The notes beneath the pieces were generated by a model, which worked only from the letters and a program-made list of their open reading frames with translations, was not told the origin of the DNA and ran no database searches. From the IMG/VR virus record IMGVR_UViG_3300042893_001183: 64,000 nt of DNA; one strand, written 5' to 3'. Each line of letters begins with the position of its first letter. Positions within the stretch are counted from its first letter, which is position 1. Position numbers and translations under genes: made by a program. The stretch comes from an uncultured virus (IMG/VR IMGVR_UViG_3300042893_001183). Lineage: Duplodnaviria > Heunggongvirae > Uroviricota > Caudoviricetes. Below are positions 10,021 to 20,500 of this stretch, in pieces.

Positions 10021-13007
10021 TAAATGGTATTACAATTTATACTAATGTTTATTCCTGAATTTAAAGATAAAATCTCTCCAACATTTCTTTCTGTACAAGT
10101 AAGGCTTGTTACTGTTAAAATATTACCATTTAGGTAATAAGTGTATCCATATTTATATAATTCAGGTAGATATTGAATTAAAGCATTTCTCCAATCTCTG
10201 TTTGATGGCACGTCTGTTAATCCATATCCAGTATAAAATGGTTCTTCTATAATATTATCACCTCCAATTGTTAAATTAACAAACCAATTAGATTGTACTG
10301 AATTTTGTACACATTCAGTTAAAGTTACCCCACTTGATGATAACATATTATTTAATCTGTTGGACAAAATACTACTAAAATTACTTACATTAGTATCACC
10401 ATTTAACCAAGGATATATATTAAAATCTATATACTCCGTCGTACATGTATAATCAAATATATTTGAAATAATAAAACAAGGGTCGACAGGTACTGGTATA
10501 AACTGGCATCCTCTTTGTCTTCTATAAACAAATTTTTGTTTATGTAAAACTGAGTTTTCCATTCTAACACCTGTATTCCAAATAGTTGTGGCAGGAATCA
10601 TTTGTTCGGCCAATTTCATCCAATAAGGTCCAATACCGTTTACGTAATCAATTAATTTTTGATACGTATACTTGTTGTTTGGTAATCCCACAGTGGCTTC
10701 AGATTCAATATATTTCCACCAAATAGATTGTAATGTTGGATATCCTCCTGTCTTACCATCTGTAATGTATTGTCTATTTCTAACATTAATCATGTTCTGC
10801 CAAAATGTTTGAGAGAACTCGAAGAATGTTTTTTTCTTTGGTTCGGGATTAACTCTTGTCCAATCTACTCCACCAGGTACAGGATAACCAACAGTTAATC
10901 CTGATTCGGGAATCGGATAGTCATATCTTCTTGACTCGTCCCATACATCGTATACAAGACCTTGTCCAGGGTTTAAAAATAAATCAACATTCTTAACATT
11001 TAGAACTAATTTTTCATTATCAACATAATAGTAAGCGTTATAATCCGCGTTTGTTGAAACCCTAATTTTGTTATCTTCTTCTAACCATGATTTATTATTA
11101 TCAACTACTTGAGTTAATTTAAAACCTTCTGTCATATATGGAAAATCTCTAAATCTATTCAAGTATGGTTGACCATAAGAGAATGGAGTTAATTGAGTTT
11201 GAATATTGTAGTTTTGGCCTGTGTATACACTTCCTGTAATTTGTACTTGGTCTGGACTTCTGTGTTGTGGAGTTACTTCGTACCATCCCGCTCCTAATTG
11301 GAAGAAATAATCCTCAGTATTAAGAGGCGCTTGAGGATAACCTAAATCATCTATTGGATAATCTTCTAACCTAATATTAACATCACTGTAAGTTGCAACA
11401 GATGTGAAAGCGCTATACACACTTCCTTTAATTTTATATGTTTGTCCTGGCAAATAAGATGGAGTATCTTGTACGTATGTACCTCCCGATATTGATGCCC
11501 ATTGTGTGTAGAATTGGTCTAAGTTAATTTTTTGGTCAGCGAGATAAATGTGTTCATTAAATTCAATTAATGATTCGGGTGCTCCAATCAATCTCATCAT
11601 AAATTCAACAGACCTTCTTGTTCCTTTAGATTTAAAAAGGTATGCCGCATTTAAAATTAAGTTTCTATAAAACGCATAATTTAATTCTGTTGGTGTAAGG
11701 GCTCTTGCATAACCAGGATAAGTTGGTGTATTGGTATTTCCAAAAACAGAACTTAAAAAATCTTCATTTGTTATTGGTGAAAAATTTGAAGAGTACCCTA
11801 ACGTTCTTGCGAGGTTAACTAACAACTCAGATGGAATATCATTTTCAGGGTTATAATTAACCGAATTCATATAAGCCAAAGCGTCAATGAATTGTTTTAC
11901 TTGGTCAAAACTTCTACCATATATTTGGAATATTTTCTCGACCTTTTGTCCTCTTGTGTCAAATTCTTTTAACGAATCAGTAACCAAAAATCTTGATATT
12001 AAATTTGTTTTAAATGAATCTAAATTCTGTCCAATTTCCTCTAACTTACTCAAATAATCATCAAACAAAAACGACCTAATATCTAAATTCCAATTACCGT
12101 CTAACGGCCAAGTAACTTGTTGATAGTCAGTATAAAATTGCCCGTCTTCATTTTGTTGAGGTACTTGGAATATTGCAGTATATGGTGGTCTTATTAAACG
12201 ATTTAATAAAAACTTCTCGACCTCATCAAAATTCTCCGCAAAGATTTTATCTGTAATAAAATCATTTGGTTTTATTTGGTATTGTTCGTTCGTTGTAGAG
12301 GCTGTAGTACCAAATGGTGCTCCTGATACATAAAATTGAATATACCCCGAATTTAACGTCTCTGATGGGGTAAACGACACAACATTATATATGTTATCAT
12401 TAATACTTACACAATAATCTAAATAAGTGTTATATAAGTTTCTGTATGGTGACTGCGTAATCTCACTAGCTAATAAATTAGTTGATGCACTTATTGAGTA
12501 ATCAATACCAAAAGGGTTATTAATTCTATTAACATCAACTTGAAAATAAGTTTCATCTGTTGTTTCATCATATTGAATATCAATCGCGGTAGGTCCTGTT
12601 GTAAAATCAAGGTTAGTATACATGATATCCAAAGAAGCTGGAAACTGATGAAGAATATGAGTAACCGAAACTTGGAATCTTTTACTTAAAGAACCATACA
12701 TTGAAAAGTTAAGAACTTGAGATACATCATAGTTTGGATAAACTCTAAATTGAGTTGCCATTATTCTACGACTTTCGGTTAAATCTTCAATATCTAACGA
12801 ATCTAAACTAATTGGTTCAGAGAATGCTCCAACGTTAAAAGTTCTATTAACCTTTTCTACTACTGACGTTGTAAACTCAAAATTACCTTGCGTAAGTCCT
12901 CCACCCTCAACTGTTTGTAATCCTACAATGTTGTCGGAAAAAGTTGCGGCGCCACTACCAGGTCTTGGAGGGTAAAAGTATTTCGTAGTCTTTTGCGTTA
13001 TCGCCAT
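10020..13007 (-). CDS. Baseplate wedge protein, T4 gp7/P2 gpI-like core
   Basis: IPSELLVNLARTLG and FKSKGTRRSVEFMMRLIG motifs; context. Confidence 0.6.
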   Translation of the reverse strand: MAITQKTTKYFYPPRPGSGAATFSDNIVGLQTVEGGGLTQGNFEFTTSVVEKVNRTFNVGAFSEPISLDSLDIEDLTESRRIMATQFRVYPNYDVSQVLNFSMYGSLSKRFQVSVTHILHQFPASLDIMYTNLDFTTGPTAIDIQYDETTDETYFQVDVNRINNPFGIDYSISASTNLLASEITQSPYRNLYNTYLDYCVSINDNIYNVVSFTPSETLNSGYIQFYVSGAPFGTTASTTNEQYQIKPNDFITDKIFAENFDEVEKFLLNRLIRPPYTAIFQVPQQNEDGQFYTDYQQVTWPLDGNWNLDIRSFLFDDYLSKLEEIGQNLDSFKTNLISRFLVTDSLKEFDTRGQKVEKIFQIYGRSFDQVKQFIDALAYMNSVNYNPENDIPSELLVNLARTLGYSSNFSPITNEDFLSSVFGNTNTPTYPGYARALTPTELNYAFYRNLILNAAYLFKSKGTRRSVEFMMRLIGAPESLIEFNEHIYLADQKINLDQFYTQWASISGGTYVQDTPSYLPGQTYKIKGSVYSAFTSVATYSDVNIRLEDYPIDDLGYPQAPLNTEDYFFQLGAGWYEVTPQHRSPDQVQITGSVYTGQNYNIQTQLTPFSYGQPYLNRFRDFPYMTEGFKLTQVVDNNKSWLEEDNKIRVSTNADYNAYYYVDNEKLVLNVKNVDLFLNPGQGLVYDVWDESRRYDYPIPESGLTVGYPVPGGVDWTRVNPEPKKKTFFEFSQTFWQNMINVRNRQYITDGKTGGYPTLQSIWWKYIESEATVGLPNNKYTYQKLIDYVNGIGPYWMKLAEQMIPATTIWNTGVRMENSVLHKQKFVYRRQRGCQFIPVPVDPCFIISNIFDYTCTTEYIDFNIYPWLNGDTNVSNFSSILSNRLNNMLSSSGVTLTECVQNSVQSNWFVNLTIGGDNIIEEPFYTGYGLTDVPSNRDWRNALIQYLPELYKYGYTYYLNGNILTVTSLTCTERNVGEILSLNSGINISINCNTI

Positions 13008-13915
13008 TAGCTAGTTATGTTTGTAAAGTTTTTACTGAAATCAATATTATCGTTTCTATTTTGTCTAACCTCATATAACAACGCATTAAATTGGTCTCTA
13101 ATTTCATATAAGTTGTATTGTCTGTATATGTTATTTTGAGAGTCATAGATTGTGTAAATACCATCATCAATAGACTTGGTCTGATTACCGTAAAGAGCAA
13201 TAGCAAGAGATGAGATATCGTATTCAACCATTTCTACCTCCAAACTAATAGGGTTAAAGAAAGTATTAGTGATAATAATATCTTGGTCAGGCTGTCCAAT
13301 ATATGGAGTCGCATTTGGTTTGTTAGTAGGTGAAGATGATGGTGATAGTGTTAGGAAAATAAGATTTGAATCGCCATCAACATATCTATATCTAATAGAT
13401 TTTTGAGAAGTATTGATTTCATTACTTACAACTGGTTCACAATAAAAACTTGAAGTAACAACTCTAAAGAAGTTAGGTATTTTTGAACCGTCATTATTTA
13501 AGTATTCAATTCTAAATCCCACAAGTCCTTGAGGAACAAATTTATTTTGATATTGAGTTGGTACGTTACTAATATCGATAACGAGACCTTTAACATTTGG
13601 CAACGCACTTAAAACACCACAATCGGTAATAACCGTTCTTATTTGTGCAGGTCTTAAATATAATGTGTAGATACCCAACGCATTAAACTGATTTGCAGGT
13701 AAGGTTAAATTATATAGTCCACCTAAAACCTCAACTCCAGCATTTCCTCCTGTTTCAGTATTAGCAAAGTAAGGTTTAAGTATGGTAGGTGCATCCAATT
13801 TTGTAAGCACAAATTGGTCTGTCACATCTCTTGTTGGAGTGTAGTTCATGATTATTTCAACATCCTGTGGTGAAACATCTGATGGTCTTATTGTACCGTA
13901 TGAGCCTATTGCCAT
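13007..13915 (-). CDS. Hypothetical structural (baseplate-region) protein
   Basis: 302-aa ORF preceded by the TATTTATA motif; context only. Confidence 0.6.
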   Translation of the reverse strand: MAIGSYGTIRPSDVSPQDVEIIMNYTPTRDVTDQFVLTKLDAPTILKPYFANTETGGNAGVEVLGGLYNLTLPANQFNALGIYTLYLRPAQIRTVITDCGVLSALPNVKGLVIDISNVPTQYQNKFVPQGLVGFRIEYLNNDGSKIPNFFRVVTSSFYCEPVVSNEINTSQKSIRYRYVDGDSNLIFLTLSPSSSPTNKPNATPYIGQPDQDIIITNTFFNPISLEVEMVEYDISSLAIALYGNQTKSIDDGIYTIYDSQNNIYRQYNLYEIRDQFNALLYEVRQNRNDNIDFSKNFTNITS

Positions 13916-13924
13916 GTTCTCTTA

Positions 13925-13944
13925 TTTAATTTATAAATAGTTTA
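13925..13944 (-). promoter_or_regulatory. Putative late promoter (TATTTATA core)
   Basis: 20-mer tttaatttataaatagttta, identical to 22337-22356. Confidence 0.65.
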
Positions 13945-13957
13945 GTTCTTTTTTTCA

Positions 13958-15046
13958 TTAGGTTCTTTTCTTATTATCGACATTAAAAAATCCATAACCA
14001 TAATTAATCATGTCTCCTAAATTATCAACCTCCCCTAATCTTTGCACTCTTTCATATGCGCTATTCTTTCCTCTCTCCACAAATACATCTGTTTGTACTT
14101 GAGCTTGGTCAATAACTTTTAATAAAACCTCATCTTTTGTTATTGGACTTGCTTGTAGATTATTCTCAGTTAGTCCTGATGATTGTTGAAAGAAAATTGT
14201 TGTCCCGTCACTATAGTCATAATAGTTTACGTTTGTTATAGTGTAAGCAGTATATACCGAATTAATGTCAGATATTGCCCCCCATATTTGTCCGTTAGCA
14301 ATAACAGGAACTCCAACTTGGAATTTTGGCGAACCGTATTGGGCTAATTCATTAACTCTTGATTTGGTTATTCCAGATACAGTAAATGGTATTGTTACAT
14401 AATTATTAGACGTTTGTGCGGACACAACATTAACCGCATCTCCTGAAAATATATAATCATATGATACAGATGTTCCAATCCAATTTCCAGCCGAAGGAGT
14501 AAAATAAGCAGTTCCTTGTGGGTTATAAATCGTTGGATTTGTAAACGGAGTCTTAATTATTTTTGATACTCTTGTTACACCCCATGGATTGGTTTGTTCC
14601 ATAGTAATAGTGTATTCACTATTTGCCGAAGCGTAAGTATGTGTTATTGATGTTGGTGTATACCCTGTTATAATTTCTTTTGGTGTGCCGTCTCCCCAAT
14701 CAACTTTGTATGCAGATAAATCTAAAAACTTTTGAAATTGATTTGAGGTATTATAAACATTATAAACATATGGATTTGTAGTTGTTGATGAAAATATGAA
14801 ATTTGCAACAACATCTTTTTGTAATACCGCCCCATCAAATGGACTATAGTAACCTGCGTCTACTGCTGTTTGTCTTAATAAAATAGGTACCGTTAAGTTA
14901 GTCAATAACGAAGCTCCATAAGGACCTGAACTAACAACCGCAGTCATTGCAGAATAAACACCTACAGGCGTTCCATCATAACTAACAATGGACAAATCTC
15001 TTTTGACGTTTTCTGGTGATACCGTTATTTTATATAAGTCTTGCAT
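13958..15046 (-). CDS. Structural protein with PKD-like segment
   Basis: YKVDWGDGT...ITHTY...YTITM resembles the PKD signature. Confidence 0.6.
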   Translation of the reverse strand: MQDLYKITVSPENVKRDLSIVSYDGTPVGVYSAMTAVVSSGPYGASLLTNLTVPILLRQTAVDAGYYSPFDGAVLQKDVVANFIFSSTTTNPYVYNVYNTSNQFQKFLDLSAYKVDWGDGTPKEIITGYTPTSITHTYASANSEYTITMEQTNPWGVTRVSKIIKTPFTNPTIYNPQGTAYFTPSAGNWIGTSVSYDYIFSGDAVNVVSAQTSNNYVTIPFTVSGITKSRVNELAQYGSPKFQVGVPVIANGQIWGAISDINSVYTAYTITNVNYYDYSDGTTIFFQQSSGLTENNLQASPITKDEVLLKVIDQAQVQTDVFVERGKNSAYERVQRLGEVDNLGDMINYGYGFFNVDNKKRT

Positions 15047-15870
15047 TATTGTGGCGGATTAACATATTCGAACCATTTTATGGGTATATTTGTTCCCATC
15101 CTTTGACCTTGGGTATTAAAGACTTGATATGTTTGAGTTGTATAATCCAACTTAACCGTATAGTAGAAATACTGAGTACTATCAAAGGCGTATTTATTAC
15201 CCGATAAATAAACTTGAGGCCCGTTTGTTTGGTCCAAAGGATTAGTCCCTTTACCCGTCATCATTTTAGTAAATTGGCCTGTCTTAGCATTGTAAAACTT
15301 GGCACTCATATAAAATGTACTAACATCCAAAAAATTTCTTTTCTTTAACCAATAAATAAAAAACCCTTCTTTATCTCCAACATAATCTAACACAAACTTT
15401 GGTTTCTTAATATTAACCAATGTTCTTTGCATTTGAGTTTCCATTGTTAAACCTTGTTGGGTTGGTAAAATTATTGTCAAATAATTTTTTTGGGCTTTTT
15501 CATCAGGAGTGTCATAAAAGTCTAATTTGAAAAATGAATTACTAAAATTATTTTCGTAATAATAAACTTCTTGAGGCGTAAACCCTTCACCTAAATAATT
15601 GATTCTCCAATTATTAATATCGTTTAATGAACCACCAGAATAAAAATAAAACTCATAATTAATTTCAGTATTATTTGTTGTTGCAGTTGCAGGCAAATGT
15701 TCAAATCTTGAAACTTCAAAATCTCTGCCAACACCTATTACTTCAGTAATGACAGTTTTTTCGTACTCCTCAATTGCCATATCTAAACCTAAATAATCCC
15801 ATTGCAATTCAACAGGAATATTGATTTGTTTGTCGGTAATTCCGTCTTGTCTTATTACTACTTTATTCAC
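15046..15870 (-). CDS. Hypothetical structural protein
   Basis: 274-aa ORF overlapping both neighbours. Confidence 0.6.
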   Translation of the reverse strand: MNKVVIRQDGITDKQINIPVELQWDYLGLDMAIEEYEKTVITEVIGVGRDFEVSRFEHLPATATTNNTEINYEFYFYSGGSLNDINNWRINYLGEGFTPQEVYYYENNFSNSFFKLDFYDTPDEKAQKNYLTIILPTQQGLTMETQMQRTLVNIKKPKFVLDYVGDKEGFFIYWLKKRNFLDVSTFYMSAKFYNAKTGQFTKMMTGKGTNPLDQTNGPQVYLSGNKYAFDSTQYFYYTVKLDYTTQTYQVFNTQGQRMGTNIPIKWFEYVNPPQ

Positions 15871-17578
15871 AATTATCTATTAATGGTTTGAATGAAAAAT
15901 CATATCCTGTTAGATTATCATTATAGTTTATACCTTCAGGTATTAATCTAAAATTAATATCTGAGTATGGGTATTGAGCCGTATTTAAATATGGATAATC
16001 CACTCCTCTACCAAAATTATCTCTATATCCATAAGTATATAAGTCTCTCCATCTGAACTGTTGGTCAGTCATAGAATAGAATGACCATTCAGGTACTTGG
16101 TCTACAAAAGCAATTCCTCCTGTTTCGATGTAATCAGAGAATACTCTAATTGTCATCTTATTATGAGGTTGGTAATAATATCCTGGCGCGTTTGTTGTTG
16201 CAACCGTTGTTGTTTGAAAAACAGTTTGATTAAACTTTAATTTATGAAAATAAGGAGATACTACTCTTTCTATTTGCTCATAGTCATTCCATTCACAAAA
16301 ATCACCGTCCATTAAATCTTCTTTTTTCAAGTCTAAATTATAATAGAATGTTTTGGTCTCTCCGTTTGTTAATGTATATGCCGAGACTGGTATGTTTGTA
16401 TTTGATTTTTCATTAGTTAAATTCCACCACGGATTTGTCGTCTTTGATAAATTAAACTCCCATCCTTGTTTCAATCCAACTCCATTTTGTGGGCTATTAA
16501 AATAACCTGAATAACCCTTATTAACTATTGTTAAATAAATTTCAGTTATTGGTCTTTGTTGATTATCTTTTAATCCTGCAAAATCTAAATCATATTTTGA
16601 TGTTAAATTATAAGTATTACTACTAGTTTTTTGAGAAATTCTTGTAATGTTGTTTGGAGTTATTGAACTATATTCTAATTTCTTTTCTTCATTAAAAATA
16701 TTTTTTTCAAACCCAGCTTTAACCATTTCAAGGTCAGTTAAATTTGTTAAAACTTTGTTTTGTTTTACATAATATTTTGACTTAGTTTCCGTTAAATTAT
16801 CAGGATTAATAACTCTTTTAAACGTACCTGTTGTACCATTACTAAATGTTGTTCCTGTATATCCAATATTCAAAACATTAAAAACATAAACACCACTATC
16901 AAATAACCCATTACCTAAAGAGTATACTTGGAATATATTTGAATTTCTATATGTTAAAGATAGTTCAACATATTCACCCTCAGTTAATCCATGAGGCGCA
17001 ATACAATTAAACGCGATAAGTCCATTACCGTTTGATGTAGAATTTAATATTGAAAAAGGTATCCCATCCTTTGCTAACCAATTTACCGCATTTGTATTAT
17101 TTGAATAATAAGTTAATTCTTTATTATAATTGTTTTCATATGGATATGTTAGATAGTACATCCAATTATAGGTATAAGCACTTTTTGACTTATATACAAA
17201 ATGTTGGTCTGAAATATCTGGTCTAAAAAAATCAAATTCATAATATTGCGGATAACCAGGCCATTTACCATTACCACCATTTTGAGCACTTGATTTTGAA
17301 TTCTCTGGACTTGTATAATAAAGATTATATTGGAAAGGTAAGTATCCCGTAGTTCCTGTATAAGTATTGGCATATAAATACGAGACTTTAAACGTTGGTC
17401 TAAAGATTGTACATCCTTGTCTTTCGTCATCATATACTTGAGCTAAACTAATTGTTGAACTCCTATCATACTCAGTGATTTGTTGACTTTGTTCTTCAAG
17501 TGTTAATGAAATTTCTTCATTAACCGATGGTGCTCCTTTATATCTTAAGTTACTTGGAACTATTGTATACTTACTCAT
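15863..17578 (-). CDS. Hypothetical structural protein
   Basis: 571-aa Tyr/Thr/Asn-rich ORF in the coupled operon. Confidence 0.6.
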   Translation of the reverse strand: MSKYTIVPSNLRYKGAPSVNEEISLTLEEQSQQITEYDRSSTISLAQVYDDERQGCTIFRPTFKVSYLYANTYTGTTGYLPFQYNLYYTSPENSKSSAQNGGNGKWPGYPQYYEFDFFRPDISDQHFVYKSKSAYTYNWMYYLTYPYENNYNKELTYYSNNTNAVNWLAKDGIPFSILNSTSNGNGLIAFNCIAPHGLTEGEYVELSLTYRNSNIFQVYSLGNGLFDSGVYVFNVLNIGYTGTTFSNGTTGTFKRVINPDNLTETKSKYYVKQNKVLTNLTDLEMVKAGFEKNIFNEEKKLEYSSITPNNITRISQKTSSNTYNLTSKYDLDFAGLKDNQQRPITEIYLTIVNKGYSGYFNSPQNGVGLKQGWEFNLSKTTNPWWNLTNEKSNTNIPVSAYTLTNGETKTFYYNLDLKKEDLMDGDFCEWNDYEQIERVVSPYFHKLKFNQTVFQTTTVATTNAPGYYYQPHNKMTIRVFSDYIETGGIAFVDQVPEWSFYSMTDQQFRWRDLYTYGYRDNFGRGVDYPYLNTAQYPYSDINFRLIPEGINYNDNLTGYDFSFKPLIDNCE

Positions 17579-20500
17579 CTATTGAATATTTTGTTTTAAA
17601 TCTGTCTAATGCCGATTCACCTTTAACCACTCCAAAATAAAATTGGAATGGGGCTCCAACTAAAAATTTACTTGAAGTTTGTGGTGTTGAAGTGTATCTT
17701 CCTCCTACGGTTGGATAACTTGTTACATTTCCATCTACACTATATATGTATCCTCTCGCAGTTAAGTCATTTGCGACTGAAGTTCCGTTTAAATAATATT
17801 TTGTATTTGTGGCCGCCCTATCTAAAGATTGATAGTTATTTTGAATAATATCAGCAGTATCTGTCGCCCAATTATTATTTTGGTTTCCAAATATAGTACT
17901 ACTACCTGACGCAAATTTCCATTGATAGAATGGTGTTAGTTGTGACTTAACTCCATATGCAAATGGAAAATATCCATTATTATTTGTACCTCTAAAATCA
18001 ATTCTGCCAGGAGTTAAATAATCTTTAGTTTGTAAATCTTGAGTTGTTGATGAATACCAAACAGCCATAATTGGGTCACTACTTGTACCTAAAATATTTG
18101 TGGCATTAATTTCTCCAGGTCTTATTTCATAATATTCAGGTGAAAAATTAACATTACCTATTTCAGAATTTATTGACATCAATTGTGCTAAATCACCGTC
18201 AATTCTTCTTTGAGGCCTTGAAAATAATTGATTAATAGAGTTATCACCTAAAGGAATTATTTGAGCTAAAAAACTTTCATCTGTAATTCTAGAAATAACA
18301 AATAAATTAATTAAATCTGAAGTATCACCATAACTAGTTGAATCTATGTTAGGCATTATATATCCTTTGGTCGCTGGGTCAAAAGTTATTTCAGAATAGA
18401 AATAATCTTTCATACCCAAGTTAACGATTGTAGTTGGATACAATAAATTTAATACGTTAACTCCACCAGGGTTATTTGTTTTTTTACCTATAAATTTATT
18501 TGAAATATCATTCCAAGGACTACTTCTATAATAGAAATTATTACTATCCATATTGAAATATGCAACATCGTTGGCAAATCTAGGGTATTCGGGTTTATTT
18601 TTACTATCATAATATGTATTAACTTGCAATGGAAATGCAAATAATGAACCATTAATCCAATTATTCATAAATGATTGAGATAAAACTCCTCTACATAATC
18701 CATAGAAAAATCTAAACCTAAATCCCCATTCTCCAAAGTTTCCAAGGTCTTTTTTCAAATCAGTTAATGGTCTTCTCATAAACATGTAACATCCACCCTC
18801 AACCGCATCTGCGGTAGTACATGCTTGGTTAATACTAAAATTATCACCAAAACCTTGATAACAGTCTAATCCAACCATACTTTCGCAATTAAAACTTTCC
18901 AATACTTTAATTGAGTTTGCTAATCCTTCTAAATCAGGAGTAACTGTTTGAGCCCCTGTTGAGAAAGCGGTTGAGGTAATATCGTCAGAATCAGTATTAA
19001 CTAAATAAACATTAAAATTATTATTTTGCTGTAATAAAGATGGATTATTTGTAAATGAAGAACCATCCAATCCATCTGAAGATGGTAATCTATCGGTTCT
19101 TAAAACATTCAATGTGTCATTATTAATTAACATTGTAGGGTTAGTACTAAAGAATGTTTTTGTTGTATAATAATAACCAAGGCTATTTGAATTAACTATT
19201 AAATTACCTATACCTGAATTACTCGCCATTACTGCCGACCCAGATAAGTCTTCACTGTTATCGTATTTGACACTAGATGCATTGACATTATAAAAACCAT
19301 TTGAAGATAACGAAAGTACTTTATTACCATTAATTGTTGATTTAACAGGTAATGGACTTGTTGTTGCATCTAATGAACCATAATACGCAGTATTTGTTGT
19401 TGTAAATCCTGTAAATGATTGCCCTGCTATTGATGATGTTGTAGTACCAGGTTTAAAGAAATAAGATTGGTAGTACATATTAGTTTGATTATATGGTTGT
19501 ACAGTCATACTAGATGTATCTACTTTTTGTATAGGTATATTAACTCTTGTTGATGCGGTTATTGTCCAATTTGAATCAAATTCAGTTGTTCCAAATAAAC
19601 CACCTAAACAATATTCATTAACATACTTTGGAGAATACGGGTCAACTCCTCTTTGTAAGATTAAAATATATTGTTCATTACCACTTTGGAAAAATTCATA
19701 AGCATTTAAAGTGTTAGTACCATCTTGGACCCTGAAACCTGCAATTGATTTCCATCTAGTTGAGATAGAAGGAGTATTTAAAACATTCCCAAAAGATTGA
19801 GTTGTACCTGTATTCCATATTTTAGCAGCGTCTGAAACAGTTATTGCCGTAATAACCTGATAATATTCTAAATCCGCAGGGAATCTATAATTTGTTTCTG
19901 AAGAGCCATACGGTAAATCATATCTTACAGGTGTTAAAACATTTGATGTTTGAGTCGTAGCATATGACACATCAACATATGTTGCTCCACTACCATTATA
20001 AGTTTGCCCACTAATTCCTGTAACCAATGTCGCAGTCTCACCTGTTGTCAATCCAGTATATAGATAATTAATGTCAGTAGTCCCTGTTACGTTAACAAAA
20101 GTTAACAGGTCTCCAGTTTGAAACTGTTCTTGAGATAAAACAGTTATCGTATTATCATAATGAAATTTACCTAAATTAGAATCCTTTGCAATTGTTACTT
20201 TAATTTTATTAATATTTGAAAAATAACTATCTCTTTGATTAAAGATATTAATCCTTTCTCCAATAGGTAAACTAAATGAATTAACAAATACAGTGCTACC
20301 ATCACTAACATTTAATGTTTGAGAAAGTGGTAATTTATATCTTCCTGAATCCATATTAGCTGACATTAATGCCAAACCCGATAACGACTCAGAATACATT
20401 GTTGCAAATGTTGAACCATCTTCAGTTAACCCTGAAAAGTAAGTTGACACTAAACCATCATAATAAGAATCAGGTGATGATAACAAACTTAAAACACCTC